Shown in pieces: positions 27,093 to 36,982 of a stretch of 46,474 nt of DNA (position 1 is the first letter of the stretch; the number at the start of each line of letters is the position of its first letter). Both the position numbers and the translations under genes were made by a program. Source of the stretch: Thaumarchaeota archaeon 13_1_40CM_4_38_7 (lineage in GTDB: Archaea; Thermoproteota; Nitrososphaeria; Nitrososphaerales; Nitrosopumilaceae); contig MNFB01000008.1 in assembly GCA_001917995.1 (NCBI GenBank), positions 1-46,474 on the forward strand, in the 5' to 3' direction. A model generated the notes under the pieces. It was given only the letters and a program-made list of their open reading frames with translations. It was not told where the DNA came from and made no database searches.

Positions 27093-27593
27093 ATGCAGGT
27101 AGCTCTGAGAGAAATTGGGAATTGCGTTATCCGTAGGTGTGATCCATCCGATATATTACCAGTAATGGAAATAAATCTCAAAACCTTACCAGAACATTAT
27201 TCAGATTATTTTTATGAAAGTCTACTTGCTGAGTTACCGGAAGCATTTCTTGTTGCTGAAATTGAAAAAAAGTTAGTTGGTTATATAATGTGTAAAATTG
27301 AATATGGTTTTTCAAACTTCAAGAAGCTCGGATTTGTAAAGAAGGGCCACGTTGTATCGATAGCAGTTTTGTCAGAGCACCGAAACAAAGGAATTGGAAG
27401 GGCTCTAGTTGAAGAATCGCTTCTCGGTGTGAAACTCAAAAAAGCAGATGAATTGTACTTGGAAGTTCGATGTAGTAATAACGAAGCTATAAAGTTGTAT
27501 GAAAAACTTGAATTTATTATAAAACAGAGACTCAAGGCCTATTATCGAGATGGTGAAGACGCTTATCTTATGACAATTGAGTTCTCTTACTAG
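27093..27593 (+). CDS. rimI: N-terminal acetyltransferase, Ard1/RimI family
   Basis: LPEHY, GHVVSIAV..R.KGIG, LEVR.SN and YYRDGEDA motifs. Confidence 0.92.
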   Translation: MQVALREIGNCVIRRCDPSDILPVMEINLKTLPEHYSDYFYESLLAELPEAFLVAEIEKKLVGYIMCKIEYGFSNFKKLGFVKKGHVVSIAVLSEHRNKGIGRALVEESLLGVKLKKADELYLEVRCSNNEAIKLYEKLEFIIKQRLKAYYRDGEDAYLMTIEFSY

Positions 27594-27627
27594 ATTAAAA
27601 TAAATAAGTCTAGAAAAGACTAGCGTT

Positions 27628-27852
27628 ATGACAAGGCAGAGAACTGTTGGAATCACGATCTTTGTTTTGTCAATTGCAGGTTTTTTCATTTATGCATATC
27701 TGTTAATGCTTTCAGAATGGAGTCCAATAGTACTTCAGCTTTCAGTACTGATGGCAGTTGGAGGCATTTTGGGAGTTATATCTTGGATTGGATATAACAT
27801 GGCAACATCTAGACCTTCGCCATCCTCTCTTGTAACAGATGACAAAAAGTAA
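27628..27852 (+). CDS. Small two-TM membrane protein
   Basis: 74 aa with two hydrophobic helices and WIGY.MAT. Confidence 0.75.
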   Translation: MTRQRTVGITIFVLSIAGFFIYAYLLMLSEWSPIVLQLSVLMAVGGILGVISWIGYNMATSRPSPSSLVTDDKK

Positions 27853-28689
27853 CTACTTGGATACCGATACATCTACTACTGCTTGATAAAATCTTGGACC
27901 TACAGGTCTTACTATTTTTGATCCTAAGATGGTTGATTTGACCTTCGTAGTTGATAGGAAATGCTTTGAAGCCATAGCAGGAACATCGCTTTTCTTATCA
28001 GCATGTGTATGGCAGTAATAATGAATTATCCCGTCATCTTTACAGGCCTTTATAGCTGAATCTAAGAATTCATCAGACCTCTCAGGTAACAACATCAAAA
28101 CCCTATCTGCTTTACTAGATAATCTTTGTTCTATTACTTGTGTAGCATCACCTTCTATCGATTCGACTGTTCCCTTTAACTTGTTTAGTAGAATGTTTTC
28201 CGAACACAAATTCGTAGCAAAGGGATTAATGTCTATGTTGTAAACATGGCATTTCTTCTTTTTTGCAGCCACTATGGAAAACATACCAATTCCACCGAAC
28301 ATGTTGATTACGATTTCTCCGTCATTGACTAAATTGGCAATTCTCTGACGTTCCGTTGAAAGTCTGGGAGAAAAGAAGGTCTTTTCAACATCTACCTGAA
28401 ATCTGCAACCATGTTCTTTGTACTCCGTTTGGGTATTGTCTTCTCCAGCAACCAATTCCAGTTGTCGTATCCTGTAGTCGCCTTCTACTGGAGATGATTG
28501 GTAGAAAACTGACTTTGCAGTTTTCACTTTTTCTAGTAGAACCTTGCCAATAATTTTTTTCTTTGGTAATAGCGACTCTGGAATTCTCAATATTATGATC
28601 TCTCCTATCTGATCAAATGCTCCGTACAAATCTTCCACTTCTTTCTCTGTTAGTACTCCTGACATTGCTTGTTTTAGCATCTTTGTCAA
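27853..28689 (-). CDS. Trm5/Taw2 (Met-10+) family tRNA-37 SAM-dependent transferase
   Basis: YKEHGC.F..D, FFSPRL.TER, NMFGGIG.F and DINP motifs. Confidence 0.88.
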   Translation of the reverse strand: MTKMLKQAMSGVLTEKEVEDLYGAFDQIGEIIILRIPESLLPKKKIIGKVLLEKVKTAKSVFYQSSPVEGDYRIRQLELVAGEDNTQTEYKEHGCRFQVDVEKTFFSPRLSTERQRIANLVNDGEIVINMFGGIGMFSIVAAKKKKCHVYNIDINPFATNLCSENILLNKLKGTVESIEGDATQVIEQRLSSKADRVLMLLPERSDEFLDSAIKACKDDGIIHYYCHTHADKKSDVPAMASKHFLSTTKVKSTILGSKIVRPVGPRFYQAVVDVSVSK

Positions 28690-30470
28690 TTTCTATAGTA
28701 AAAGTGTCCAGATTGTTTCTGTTCTCTGTCTAACCTACTATCTGATTTATTTACACGTGGACGCATGCTTGTTTCATCTCGTCTGTAAGTAATGTCCAGA
28801 GATCTTAGAAATTGATTCATGCCGTTGACCTTTGACTTGGGAGTTGTTGCGCGTCCTTCTCTTCCTGGAATCCCTTCAAAAATTACAAGCGAATCTGAAA
28901 TTAGATCCATTAATTGTATATCATGATCTATTATTATTGCTGATTTTCTATAGGAACGAACAAATCGCTGAATCAATTTTGCTATCGTTATTCTATCTTC
29001 AACATCCAAAAATGCAGAAGGCTCATCAAGTGCGTAAAGATCTACCTTCTGTAACAAACATGTCGCTATTGCTACTTTCTGAAGTTCTCCGCCTGAAAGA
29101 TTCTTGACAGATTTATTGTAAAGCTTCTTTATTTTCATGGGATGGAGAATCTGCTCCTCTTCACTAGTATCTTCTATTCCACTACCGTTAGCCTTTTCCA
29201 AAAGAGAAATTACCTCAACATCATAATCATTTAAGAGATACTGTGGCTTGTAGGCAATCTTGACTTTACTTTCGATGGTTCCAGAATCTGGTTTTTCTAC
29301 ACCGGCGATCATTTTCATCATGGTTGTTTTTCCTAAAGCATTTGCACCAACTATACCAAGTACTTCGCTTTTTCGTACTTTACCAGCTTCTATTGCTACA
29401 GAAAAGGTCGAATATTTCTTTTCAAGAGATGGATATTCTATGATGTTTTCAGTTGTAACAAATTCATCAGTAGACGTTGACGCATCAAATCTAAATGCGA
29501 CATCTCTGAATCTTACATTTTCGTTTGGTAAATAACCATCTAAAAACACATTGATTCCAACCTTTGTTGAAAGAACATTTGCAACTATTCCGTATGCTGC
29601 TGGTTCCCCGTATAGAATCTCAATAAAGTCACTGAGATAATCTAGTAAGGTTAGGTCATGTTCCACTACCATGACACTTTTTCCAAGCTTTGCAAGACCT
29701 TGAATAGTTCTTGCAACTCCCATTCTCTGAAATACATCATTGTACGAAGAGGGTTCATCAAAAAAATAGAAATCTGCTTCTCTCGAAGCAGATACGGCAA
29801 CCGCAATTCTCTGTAGTTCTCCACCGCTCAAATCAGTAAGTTTAGTTTCAAGTGAATTCTGTAATCCTAGTTCCTGTACTAGTTCAGGTACTTTATTTCG
29901 TTCATCGTATTTTTCTAATAACTCCTTTGCAGTTCCATCAAATAGTTTTGTAAGGTTATAGACTTGCTGAGGTTTTATAGAAGCTTTTAATTCTTTATTT
30001 GCAATTTTCGCAAAATGAGATTTTAATTCAGTCCCATGAAAGTATTTCAAAATTTCATTCCACTCGGGTGGTGATGAGTAATTACCCAAGTTTGGCTTTA
30101 GAATTCCAGATAGAATACTGACTACTGTACTCTTTCCAATTCCATTTCTACCAAGCAACCCCATTACTTGCCCTTTCTTTAGAGTTGGCATTCTGTATAT
30201 TCTAAATGCATTTATTCCATATTGGTGAATCTTGTCAGATTTTAGCTCTTCCGCAAGATTGACGATTGTTATGGCATCGAACGGACAAACCTTAACACAA
30301 ATTCCACATCCATTACAAATATTTTCATCAATTTGTGCTTTAGCGATCTCTTCATTCAGTATTATGCAATCTGCGCCTGATTTATTTACTGGACAGTACT
30401 TGATACATTCTAGACCACACTTCTTTGGTTGACAATTTTCTTTATCTAGAACTGCAACGCGATGAGTCAT
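28686..30470 (-). CDS. rli1: Ribosome recycling ATPase ABCE1/Rli1
   Basis: N-terminal 2x4Fe-4S domain and two ABC cassettes with LSGGELQ and DEPS. Confidence 0.97.
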   Translation of the reverse strand: MTHRVAVLDKENCQPKKCGLECIKYCPVNKSGADCIILNEEIAKAQIDENICNGCGICVKVCPFDAITIVNLAEELKSDKIHQYGINAFRIYRMPTLKKGQVMGLLGRNGIGKSTVVSILSGILKPNLGNYSSPPEWNEILKYFHGTELKSHFAKIANKELKASIKPQQVYNLTKLFDGTAKELLEKYDERNKVPELVQELGLQNSLETKLTDLSGGELQRIAVAVSASREADFYFFDEPSSYNDVFQRMGVARTIQGLAKLGKSVMVVEHDLTLLDYLSDFIEILYGEPAAYGIVANVLSTKVGINVFLDGYLPNENVRFRDVAFRFDASTSTDEFVTTENIIEYPSLEKKYSTFSVAIEAGKVRKSEVLGIVGANALGKTTMMKMIAGVEKPDSGTIESKVKIAYKPQYLLNDYDVEVISLLEKANGSGIEDTSEEEQILHPMKIKKLYNKSVKNLSGGELQKVAIATCLLQKVDLYALDEPSAFLDVEDRITIAKLIQRFVRSYRKSAIIIDHDIQLMDLISDSLVIFEGIPGREGRATTPKSKVNGMNQFLRSLDITYRRDETSMRPRVNKSDSRLDREQKQSGHFYYRN

Positions 30471-30546
30471 GTTTAACCACTTGGTTCTGAATTTATATCT
30501 CTATCAAGCAAGATTAATACAGGACATTATAACTGAAAGTAAACAA

Positions 30547-30660
30547 GCCGGCCACAGCGTTGGGGTCCGACCCGGTCCCATACCGAACCCGGAAGTCAAA
30601 CCCAATGTCGCTACTGTGTTACTAAGGTGCGAGAGCCCTTGGGAAGCAGTAGTGCTGGCG
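30547..30660 (+). rRNA. rrf: 5S rRNA
   Basis: GGCCACAGCG...CCCATACCGAACCCGGAAGTCAAA, GCGAGAGC hairpin and terminal GCCGGC/GCTGGC helix. Ends are approximate. Confidence 0.93.
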
Positions 30661-30664
30661 CCTT

Positions 30665-30922
30665 TTATTCTAAAGCTACAGAATTTGGAGAGGCACGCCA
30701 TACTGATTGGGTAGGAATGTTTTTAGTGATGCCTCGTTTTTGGGCATCATCAGGAAAGCTATCTACATAGTCAGAAACTAGATCTCTTATCGTCTTGTCA
30801 ATTTCTCCGACTGATATCAAGTCTGTAAAAAGATATGGTATCTCATTGCATCCAACAACATATCCATTTGCATTAGGTGTTATGGTAAAGGTCAGTTTGT
30901 GAAACCTTTGATTCTTTACCAT
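30665..30922 (-). CDS. Small HicB-like (partial RNase H fold) protein
   Basis: 85 aa. FTITP..NGYVV.C.EIP..FT followed by an amphipathic helix resembles the HicB N-domain. Confidence 0.55.
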   Translation of the reverse strand: MVKNQRFHKLTFTITPNANGYVVGCNEIPYLFTDLISVGEIDKTIRDLVSDYVDSFPDDAQKRGITKNIPTQSVWRASPNSVALE

Positions 30923-30975
30923 GTACTGTATATGTTTACAAAGCCTAAAAAGCTCGTGATCAGTTGGCTAGATCG

Positions 30976-31104
30976 ATGAATAGCTGTGCAATTTGCGGTG
31001 AAAAATTCACTGACGACATAAAATTCCTAAACCACATGATGGAAAGACACGGTTTCAGGAATCCAAATAATTCCACTCCAGACAGAAACAGCAGAGGGTA
31101 CTGA
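30976..31104 (+). CDS. 42-aa C2H2 zinc-finger microprotein
   Basis: Translated by hand: MNSCAICGEKFTDDIKFLNHMMERHGFRNPNNSTPDRNSRGY, matching C-x2-C-x3-F-x8-H-x4-H. Confidence 0.72.
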   Translation: MNSCAICGEKFTDDIKFLNHMMERHGFRNPNNSTPDRNSRGY

Positions 31105-31128
31105 GAACCGATTTTTCTATAGTCTGAT

Positions 31129-31527
31129 TTAGAAGTTTAGAATTATTTTCTCACTATTTGAAAGAAGGCTTTTTGTCCTAGCAAAAACCGCCTTAGGAGT
31201 CTTACAATCGTTGCTGCATGCAGTCTGTATACCATGAAGAACACGTCCTTTGGATTTGTTACTAAGAATCGCAAGCAGAAGAGGCAAAATCGCAGATCTT
31301 CCACCATAGGCAACCTTCCTAGTTACAAACCAGAACATCTTGGTAGGATCATAGCCCTTTGGAAAGATCTCTGATTTAATTTCCATACCGTATTGAGAAT
31401 AATGTCCTACAACTAGAATTTTCTTCCTACCCAATACACTCACTACTTTTGCAAATTTGGCACAAAGGTAGCACATATCATCATAAATCATGATGGGCAA
31501 TAGATCTCCAATATTCATATCTTCCAT
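31129..31527 (-). CDS. DCC1-like (DUF393) thiol-disulfide oxidoreductase family protein
   Basis: MIYDDMCYLC (DxxCxxC) motif. Confidence 0.75.
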   Translation of the reverse strand: MEDMNIGDLLPIMIYDDMCYLCAKFAKVVSVLGRKKILVVGHYSQYGMEIKSEIFPKGYDPTKMFWFVTRKVAYGGRSAILPLLLAILSNKSKGRVLHGIQTACSNDCKTPKAVFARTKSLLSNSEKIILNF

Positions 31528-31635
31528 TAGTTTTTTTCAGATTAAAATTTTGCGAAATAACTTTTTATTTGCTCCAAATACGCTAAGAATTATGAATTCA
31601 AATTCTAATGATAACCCTGAATTTCATATTTTGGA

Positions 31636-33309
31636 ATGGATATGGGCCTAAATTACTATCATATTCTCAAAAAAGTACGAGAAGGGAGGAAACTTGTCAT
31701 AAGAGGAATAACAACAGCAGGATCTGGGCATCCTGGAGGTTCATTCTCTATGGCCGAAATGATGGGTTGTATATACCATAAGTATCTAAGGCATGATCCA
31801 AAAAATCCGCTATGGCCAGATAGAGATAGACTAGTCTTGTCAAAAGGTCATGCTTCTCCAGGACTTTTCTCTAATCTTGCTGTGGCGGGCTATTTCGATA
31901 AATCTGAAATTGAAACTCTAAGAAAATTCGAAAGCCGATTGCAAGGTCATCCTGACTACAAGTGTCCTGGTGTAGAATTTTGTGGTGGCTCACTTGGATT
32001 GGGACTCTCATTTTCTATTGGCGTGGCTCTTGCAGCAAGAATCGACGGTAAGAAGACTCACATTTACACCATAATAGGTGATGGCGAGTGTGATGAAGGA
32101 CAAGTATGGGAAGCGTCAATGGCTGCATCAAAGTTCAAGTTGGATAATCTGACAGTTTTCTTAGATCGAAACTTCATTCAACAAGACGACTACACCGAGA
32201 GGGTTATGCCACTAGATGAAGAATTGGTTGGAGATGATATATCAGAGATGTGGAAAAATGCCGCAAGATGGAAAGTAGGTGACAAGTGGAGATCATTTGG
32301 ATGGAATGTCTTAGAAATTGACGGACATCGTATAGAGCAGATTGTAAAGGCAGTAAATTCTGTATTGCAGACTAGGGGGACTCCTTCGATTATAGTTGCA
32401 CGGACGATAAAAGGTAAATCAGTTGAACATATGGAAGATAATCCAAAATGGCATGGTGTTGCACCTAATTCTCAGATCTCACCTATAATCGAACTTGAAC
32501 TTGATTGTCAATTCCTTATAGCTCCATCTATAATTGCTGGAGATATGACAAATCTGGAGAATGAGGTAAAGAGGGCATCTCATGGCAGAGCTGACTTTAT
32601 TCACCTCGATGTCATGGATGGTATTTTTGTATCAAACAAGACATTTGATCATGAAAAGATAAGACAACTCAGATCGGTAACCCAAGTCCCCTTTGACGCC
32701 CACCTCATGATAAATGAACCAATCAAACAAATAAAGAACTATGTAGATGCTGGTTGTGATGTAATAACTGTTCACGCAGAAGTATGTGATGAATCAAGTT
32801 TCGGAGAAATTCATGATGTACTTAGGTCAAATGAGGTGAGCGTAGGACTTGCCATAAATCCAGAAACTCAGTTACCTTCTTGGACTGAGAAATTCATTCC
32901 AGATTTGGATCAATTAATAGTAATGTCTGTAGTTCCAGGAAAATCAGGTCAAAAGTACATAGAATCTACACATGAAAAAGTACAAAATATTGCCAAATTC
33001 CTTACTGAGAAAAAATTTGATGGTTTCATAGAGGCCGATGGAGGAGTAGATTTAACAAATCTTGAATCATGCTTTTTAGATGGCGCAAGGGTATTCGTCG
33101 GGGGAAGTGCCATAATAGGACAAAAAGATGTTAGGGCAATAATAATAGAGTTCAGAAAAAAATTGATGCATGCAAGAAGAAAGCTATTGATACACAGAGC
33201 ATATAGTCTTGGAGGAGCAGAACTTGTAAACAAGTGGATAGACCTCCACGAAGTAGGGAAGAAAAAGATGGATCTCTTGCAAATTGCCAAGGAGGCCGGT
33301 TTTGTATGA
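31636..33309 (+). CDS. Transketolase N-terminal (TPP-binding) subunit fused to ribulose-phosphate 3-epimerase
   Basis: SGHPGG, LSKGH and GDGE..EG..WE, then IAPSI, HLDVMDG.FV, DAHLM, MSV.PG..GQ and DGG. Confidence 0.93.
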   Translation: MDMGLNYYHILKKVREGRKLVIRGITTAGSGHPGGSFSMAEMMGCIYHKYLRHDPKNPLWPDRDRLVLSKGHASPGLFSNLAVAGYFDKSEIETLRKFESRLQGHPDYKCPGVEFCGGSLGLGLSFSIGVALAARIDGKKTHIYTIIGDGECDEGQVWEASMAASKFKLDNLTVFLDRNFIQQDDYTERVMPLDEELVGDDISEMWKNAARWKVGDKWRSFGWNVLEIDGHRIEQIVKAVNSVLQTRGTPSIIVARTIKGKSVEHMEDNPKWHGVAPNSQISPIIELELDCQFLIAPSIIAGDMTNLENEVKRASHGRADFIHLDVMDGIFVSNKTFDHEKIRQLRSVTQVPFDAHLMINEPIKQIKNYVDAGCDVITVHAEVCDESSFGEIHDVLRSNEVSVGLAINPETQLPSWTEKFIPDLDQLIVMSVVPGKSGQKYIESTHEKVQNIAKFLTEKKFDGFIEADGGVDLTNLESCFLDGARVFVGGSAIIGQKDVRAIIIEFRKKLMHARRKLLIHRAYSLGGAELVNKWIDLHEVGKKKMDLLQIAKEAGFV

Positions 33310-34274
33310 CTGAAATGACTGATATGCGAACAGTTTATGGAGAAACTCTCATCAAGTTAGGGGAAGAAAACCCCAATGTTGTAGTAGTAGGTGCAGATAC
33401 AACAGACTCTCTAAAAACAAGACCATTCGGAAAAAAATTTCCAAATAGATTCTTTAATGTTGGAATTGCAGAGGCTAATCTGGTCACTATTGCAGCAGGT
33501 CTTGCTAATGAAGGAAAAATTCCGTTTGCAAGTACCTATGCAGTGTTCTTGCCAGGTAGATGTGTAGATCAAATCCGTAATGCTATTGCATATCCTTCAC
33601 GAAATGGCCAGAATGGGTTGAATGTGAAAATGGTTGTCTCCCATGGAGGCCTAAGTGTCGGTGCCGATGGAGGTTCTCATCAGCAAATCGAAGACATCGC
33701 TATAATGAGAGTAATCCCAAATGTTAAAGTGTTAATACCCTCTGACACCGTAGCAGTAGAAAATCTTATCAGGTTAATGTCTCAAGTTTACGGGCCATTT
33801 TATATGCGAATGACTAGAACTAAGACTCCTCTCATACATTCAAAAGAACAACAATTTGAAATTGGCAAAGGAATAGTACTTCAGGATGGCTCTGATTGCA
33901 CTATTGCTGCTTGCGGAATTACTGTAAAGATGGCATTAGATGCTGCTGATTCTCTCAAACAAGAAGGAATTTCCTGCAGAGTAATAGACATGTTCTCAAT
34001 TAAGCCGTTAGATGCGAGCCTTATAGAGAAGGCTGCACGTGAGACAGGTGGAATTGTTACATGCGAAGAACACAATATCTTGGCAGGATTTGGATCAGCT
34101 GTATGTGAGGTTGTTTCTGAGACATATCCAGTAGAGATGAGGCGAATAGGGATAAGAGACCAATTTGGTGAATCAGCAAGGGACAGTGAAATTTCACTGC
34201 TGCTACAAAAACATGGCATAACATCAATTCATATAGCTAATGCTGTGAAAGATATCAGGAGTAAAACCAGATGA
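33306..34274 (+). CDS. Transketolase C-terminal subunit
   Basis: GIAEAN, DGGSHQ..ED and EEH motifs. ATG at 33306 overlaps the upstream stop (ATGA). Confidence 0.93.
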   Translation: MTEMTDMRTVYGETLIKLGEENPNVVVVGADTTDSLKTRPFGKKFPNRFFNVGIAEANLVTIAAGLANEGKIPFASTYAVFLPGRCVDQIRNAIAYPSRNGQNGLNVKMVVSHGGLSVGADGGSHQQIEDIAIMRVIPNVKVLIPSDTVAVENLIRLMSQVYGPFYMRMTRTKTPLIHSKEQQFEIGKGIVLQDGSDCTIAACGITVKMALDAADSLKQEGISCRVIDMFSIKPLDASLIEKAARETGGIVTCEEHNILAGFGSAVCEVVSETYPVEMRRIGIRDQFGESARDSEISLLLQKHGITSIHIANAVKDIRSKTR

Positions 34275-34936
34275 AGATATTTCTGGACACAGCAAATCTT
34301 GCTGCAATAAAGATGTATAACGATATGGGTCTTGTAGATGGAATTACTACCAACCCATCACTTCTTGCAAAAGAAGGCGGAGATCCTCAGAAAACTATGG
34401 AAGAGATTGTTCGAATTGTTAAAGGTGATGTTAGCCTAGAAGTCTTGAGCATAGAAACATCTGGAATGTTAGAAGAAGGCAGAAGACTTCGAAAATACGG
34501 AAATAATGTTGTTGTAAAATGCCCATTAACACCAGAGGGACTAAAGGCGTGTAAAATGTTAACCGTGGAAGGAATTCCGGTAAACATAACTTTATGCTTC
34601 TCTGTAAATCAAGCGATTCTAGCAGCAAAAGCAGGGGCCAAGTACGTAAGTCCATTCATAGGAAGATTAGACGATAACGGTCAAGATGGGATCAATCTTA
34701 TTAGAGAAATTCATCAGGTATTTCAAAATTACAAATTTACTACACAGCTTCTTGTCGCAAGTGTTCGACATCCAATGCATGTAGTAGAAGCAGCAAAGAT
34801 TGGAGCAGAAGTAGTGACCTTACCACCAGACGTTTTAGGTAAGATGCTCAAGCATCCACTAACCGATGTTGGCCTAAAGAACTTTTTAGCTGACTGGGAA
34901 AAGCTTAAGAAAGAAAATCCAAGTATTAGAATCTAA
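34271..34936 (+). CDS. tal: Transaldolase (TalC/FSA family)
   Basis: FLDTA, GITTNPSL, VVKCP, NITLCFS, YVSPFIGRLDD and ASVR motifs. Confidence 0.93.
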   Translation: MKIFLDTANLAAIKMYNDMGLVDGITTNPSLLAKEGGDPQKTMEEIVRIVKGDVSLEVLSIETSGMLEEGRRLRKYGNNVVVKCPLTPEGLKACKMLTVEGIPVNITLCFSVNQAILAAKAGAKYVSPFIGRLDDNGQDGINLIREIHQVFQNYKFTTQLLVASVRHPMHVVEAAKIGAEVVTLPPDVLGKMLKHPLTDVGLKNFLADWEKLKKENPSIRI

Positions 34937-34956
34937 ATTTCGTCATTTGTCCAGAT

Positions 34957-35412
34957 CTAATGTTTTCCGACCCATTGGTATCTATACTCTTCATCAAACA
35001 ATTCAGACTTGACGTCATTTTCAGTTATCCTGCTGTGTAGTCTAGCCTCGAAAAATCCTAGACTTCCCTTGTAGGGTATTGGAACTCTAAGTTCTTGTTG
35101 ATTTCTAAGCAAAAAACCATATCTGTGGTGAAAAAACCCCTCACTAGCCAGATGACTTTTATAGTCAGATTTAAGTTCGCTTAGAGAATTGTACATCTTT
35201 ACATCATAAAGTTCCACCTTTCCTATTATGGCACCAGTTCTCAGTTTTGTTTTATCAATACCTAATCTTTCACATGCATCTGTTTTCGCTTTGAGCGGTG
35301 CGTGAACTAGAAACTCACCTCTAAATTTTGTATTCCATGTTCTTAGCTCAATCGTTTTTTTGCCATTTATTATGAGATCAGCGTACGGCTGAGAAACTGA
35401 GAGGCATTTCAT
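34957..35412 (-). CDS. ASCH-domain protein
   Basis: LSVSQPYA.LI..GKKTIELRTW and P.PYKG.LGFF motifs. Confidence 0.9.
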   Translation of the reverse strand: MKCLSVSQPYADLIINGKKTIELRTWNTKFRGEFLVHAPLKAKTDACERLGIDKTKLRTGAIIGKVELYDVKMYNSLSELKSDYKSHLASEGFFHHRYGFLLRNQQELRVPIPYKGSLGFFEARLHSRITENDVKSELFDEEYRYQWVGKH

Positions 35413-35413
35413 T

Positions 35414-36982
35414 CTAGTCTGTCCTTAAAACATTCAGTACGCGTTTTGGAATCTCGGTTAACCTACTTACTGCAAGAGTACGTTCGTAACCTAACCGTAA
35501 CAGATTGTTTGCAATCACCGTAGCATCAGTTATGTCAGACCCAACTCCTATTGCAACCATCCTTATACCTACTAGCTTGAAATCTCTCATCATAGATCTA
35601 ACAGAATCTGGATCTGATGGTTCACCATCTGTTAATGTCAAAAAGATATCAGGTTTCTTTGACTTCAGAGTTGGCAGTAACAGGGCATAAACTTCAGCCA
35701 AAGGCGTACTTCCGTTTGCCTTTATTTGTGCAAGTCGTTTTGCAGCAGTGTTATTCCATTTGAGATTTTCAGGTTTTATCAACCAACAAACAACCTGTTT
35801 TTGTTCAGTGTTAAAGGCGTAAACTGAAAATTTTACTTTCAAATACTCGAGAACTTCACAAAGAGCTAACGTAGCTTTCTTGTATTGTATTTCCTGTCCA
35901 GCTATACTTGATGAATGATCAAGAAGTATGACAATCTTAGTTTTAATCGCTAATTTCTTGTCTATGATGAAGGGATCATGGCCTTCCAAAAAAGTTTCTT
36001 CGTCAAACTCATCGCCAATTATTGCATGTTGTTCCTTCCAACCAGATTTCCATTCTTTGAATCTTGCCTTGAGATTGTTTATTAAATCTGCATCATAGAT
36101 CTTTGTCTCATCTACATTTGTTAACTTGGGTATGCTTACTCCTATTACCTCACTACTTAATCCCTTATTCTCGCTTTTCTTTGCTTCCTCTAGAAGAACC
36201 TTAAATTCTTCAAATACTGGTTTACCCTCGAGAATCTTCTTAGGATCTAATTTACCAAAATCGTTTTCTCGATGTTTTGCTATCTTGTTTAGTGTCTTGG
36301 TAAAATCTTCTTCTGACATGGCGATTCCCGAAGTAATTTTTGGCATCGATATAGGAATGGTAAGGAGAGGATCAATTCCCAAGATCTTAATTATTTCAGA
36401 AACTTTCTTCTCTAACCAATCAGTTCCATATTTTTTCTCTATTGCCTCCTTTACCGATTCTGTGGCCAATTTACTTGCTCTTTGAATCTTTTCAAATGAA
36501 TTAGGTGAAAGCTCTCCTTTTATATCGCCAAGGAGAAAGTGCTGAGCAAATCCTTCAACAATCCTAGCATTTCCATACAATGTATTTAGTAATGGTCTGT
36601 AGAGCCAAGCACAGCCATAAGTGAAGATTATCTCTTCATCCATTCCTTGCCAGTAAGCACGTCCAATAGTCTCAATTCTCCTAGTTTCCAATGTGTTAAG
36701 AATAAAACCAAAAGCATGATCATTACTCAAAATTTTACTAGAATGTCTTATTCGCATGGCTTCATACCAAAGAGCAGTTCTAAACTGTCGATATTTTTGA
36801 AAGTCTATTCCTTGATATCGTTCTAATGAGAACATCATAACTTTATTTTCTCGCAGATTAGATTGAATTTCTTTCTGGTCTGTGATACTTACTGTGACTT
36901 TTTCTTTTCCAGACCATCTTCTAACAAGAAACGTAGCGATTTCAAGTACTGTATCGTTTCTAAGACGTAGTGATTGCATCAA
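35414..36982 (-). CDS. VWA-domain protein, NorD/CbbO-like
   Basis: MIDAS motif LLDHSSS, G.TP and LTDGEP. Confidence 0.88.
   Translation of the reverse strand: MMQSLRLRNDTVLEIATFLVRRWSGKEKVTVSITDQKEIQSNLRENKVMMFSLERYQGIDFQKYRQFRTALWYEAMRIRHSSKILSNDHAFGFILNTLETRRIETIGRAYWQGMDEEIIFTYGCAWLYRPLLNTLYGNARIVEGFAQHFLLGDIKGELSPNSFEKIQRASKLATESVKEAIEKKYGTDWLEKKVSEIIKILGIDPLLTIPISMPKITSGIAMSEEDFTKTLNKIAKHRENDFGKLDPKKILEGKPVFEEFKVLLEEAKKSENKGLSSEVIGVSIPKLTNVDETKIYDADLINNLKARFKEWKSGWKEQHAIIGDEFDEETFLEGHDPFIIDKKLAIKTKIVILLDHSSSIAGQEIQYKKATLALCEVLEYLKVKFSVYAFNTEQKQVVCWLIKPENLKWNNTAAKRLAQIKANGSTPLAEVYALLLPTLKSKKPDIFLTLTDGEPSDPDSVRSMMRDFKLVGIRMVAIGVGSDITDATVIANNLLRLGYERTLAVSRLTEIPKRVLNVLRTD

Noticed and set aside
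30469-30714. ORFs on both strands (81 and 65 aa)
   Set aside because: They overlap the 5S rRNA gene.
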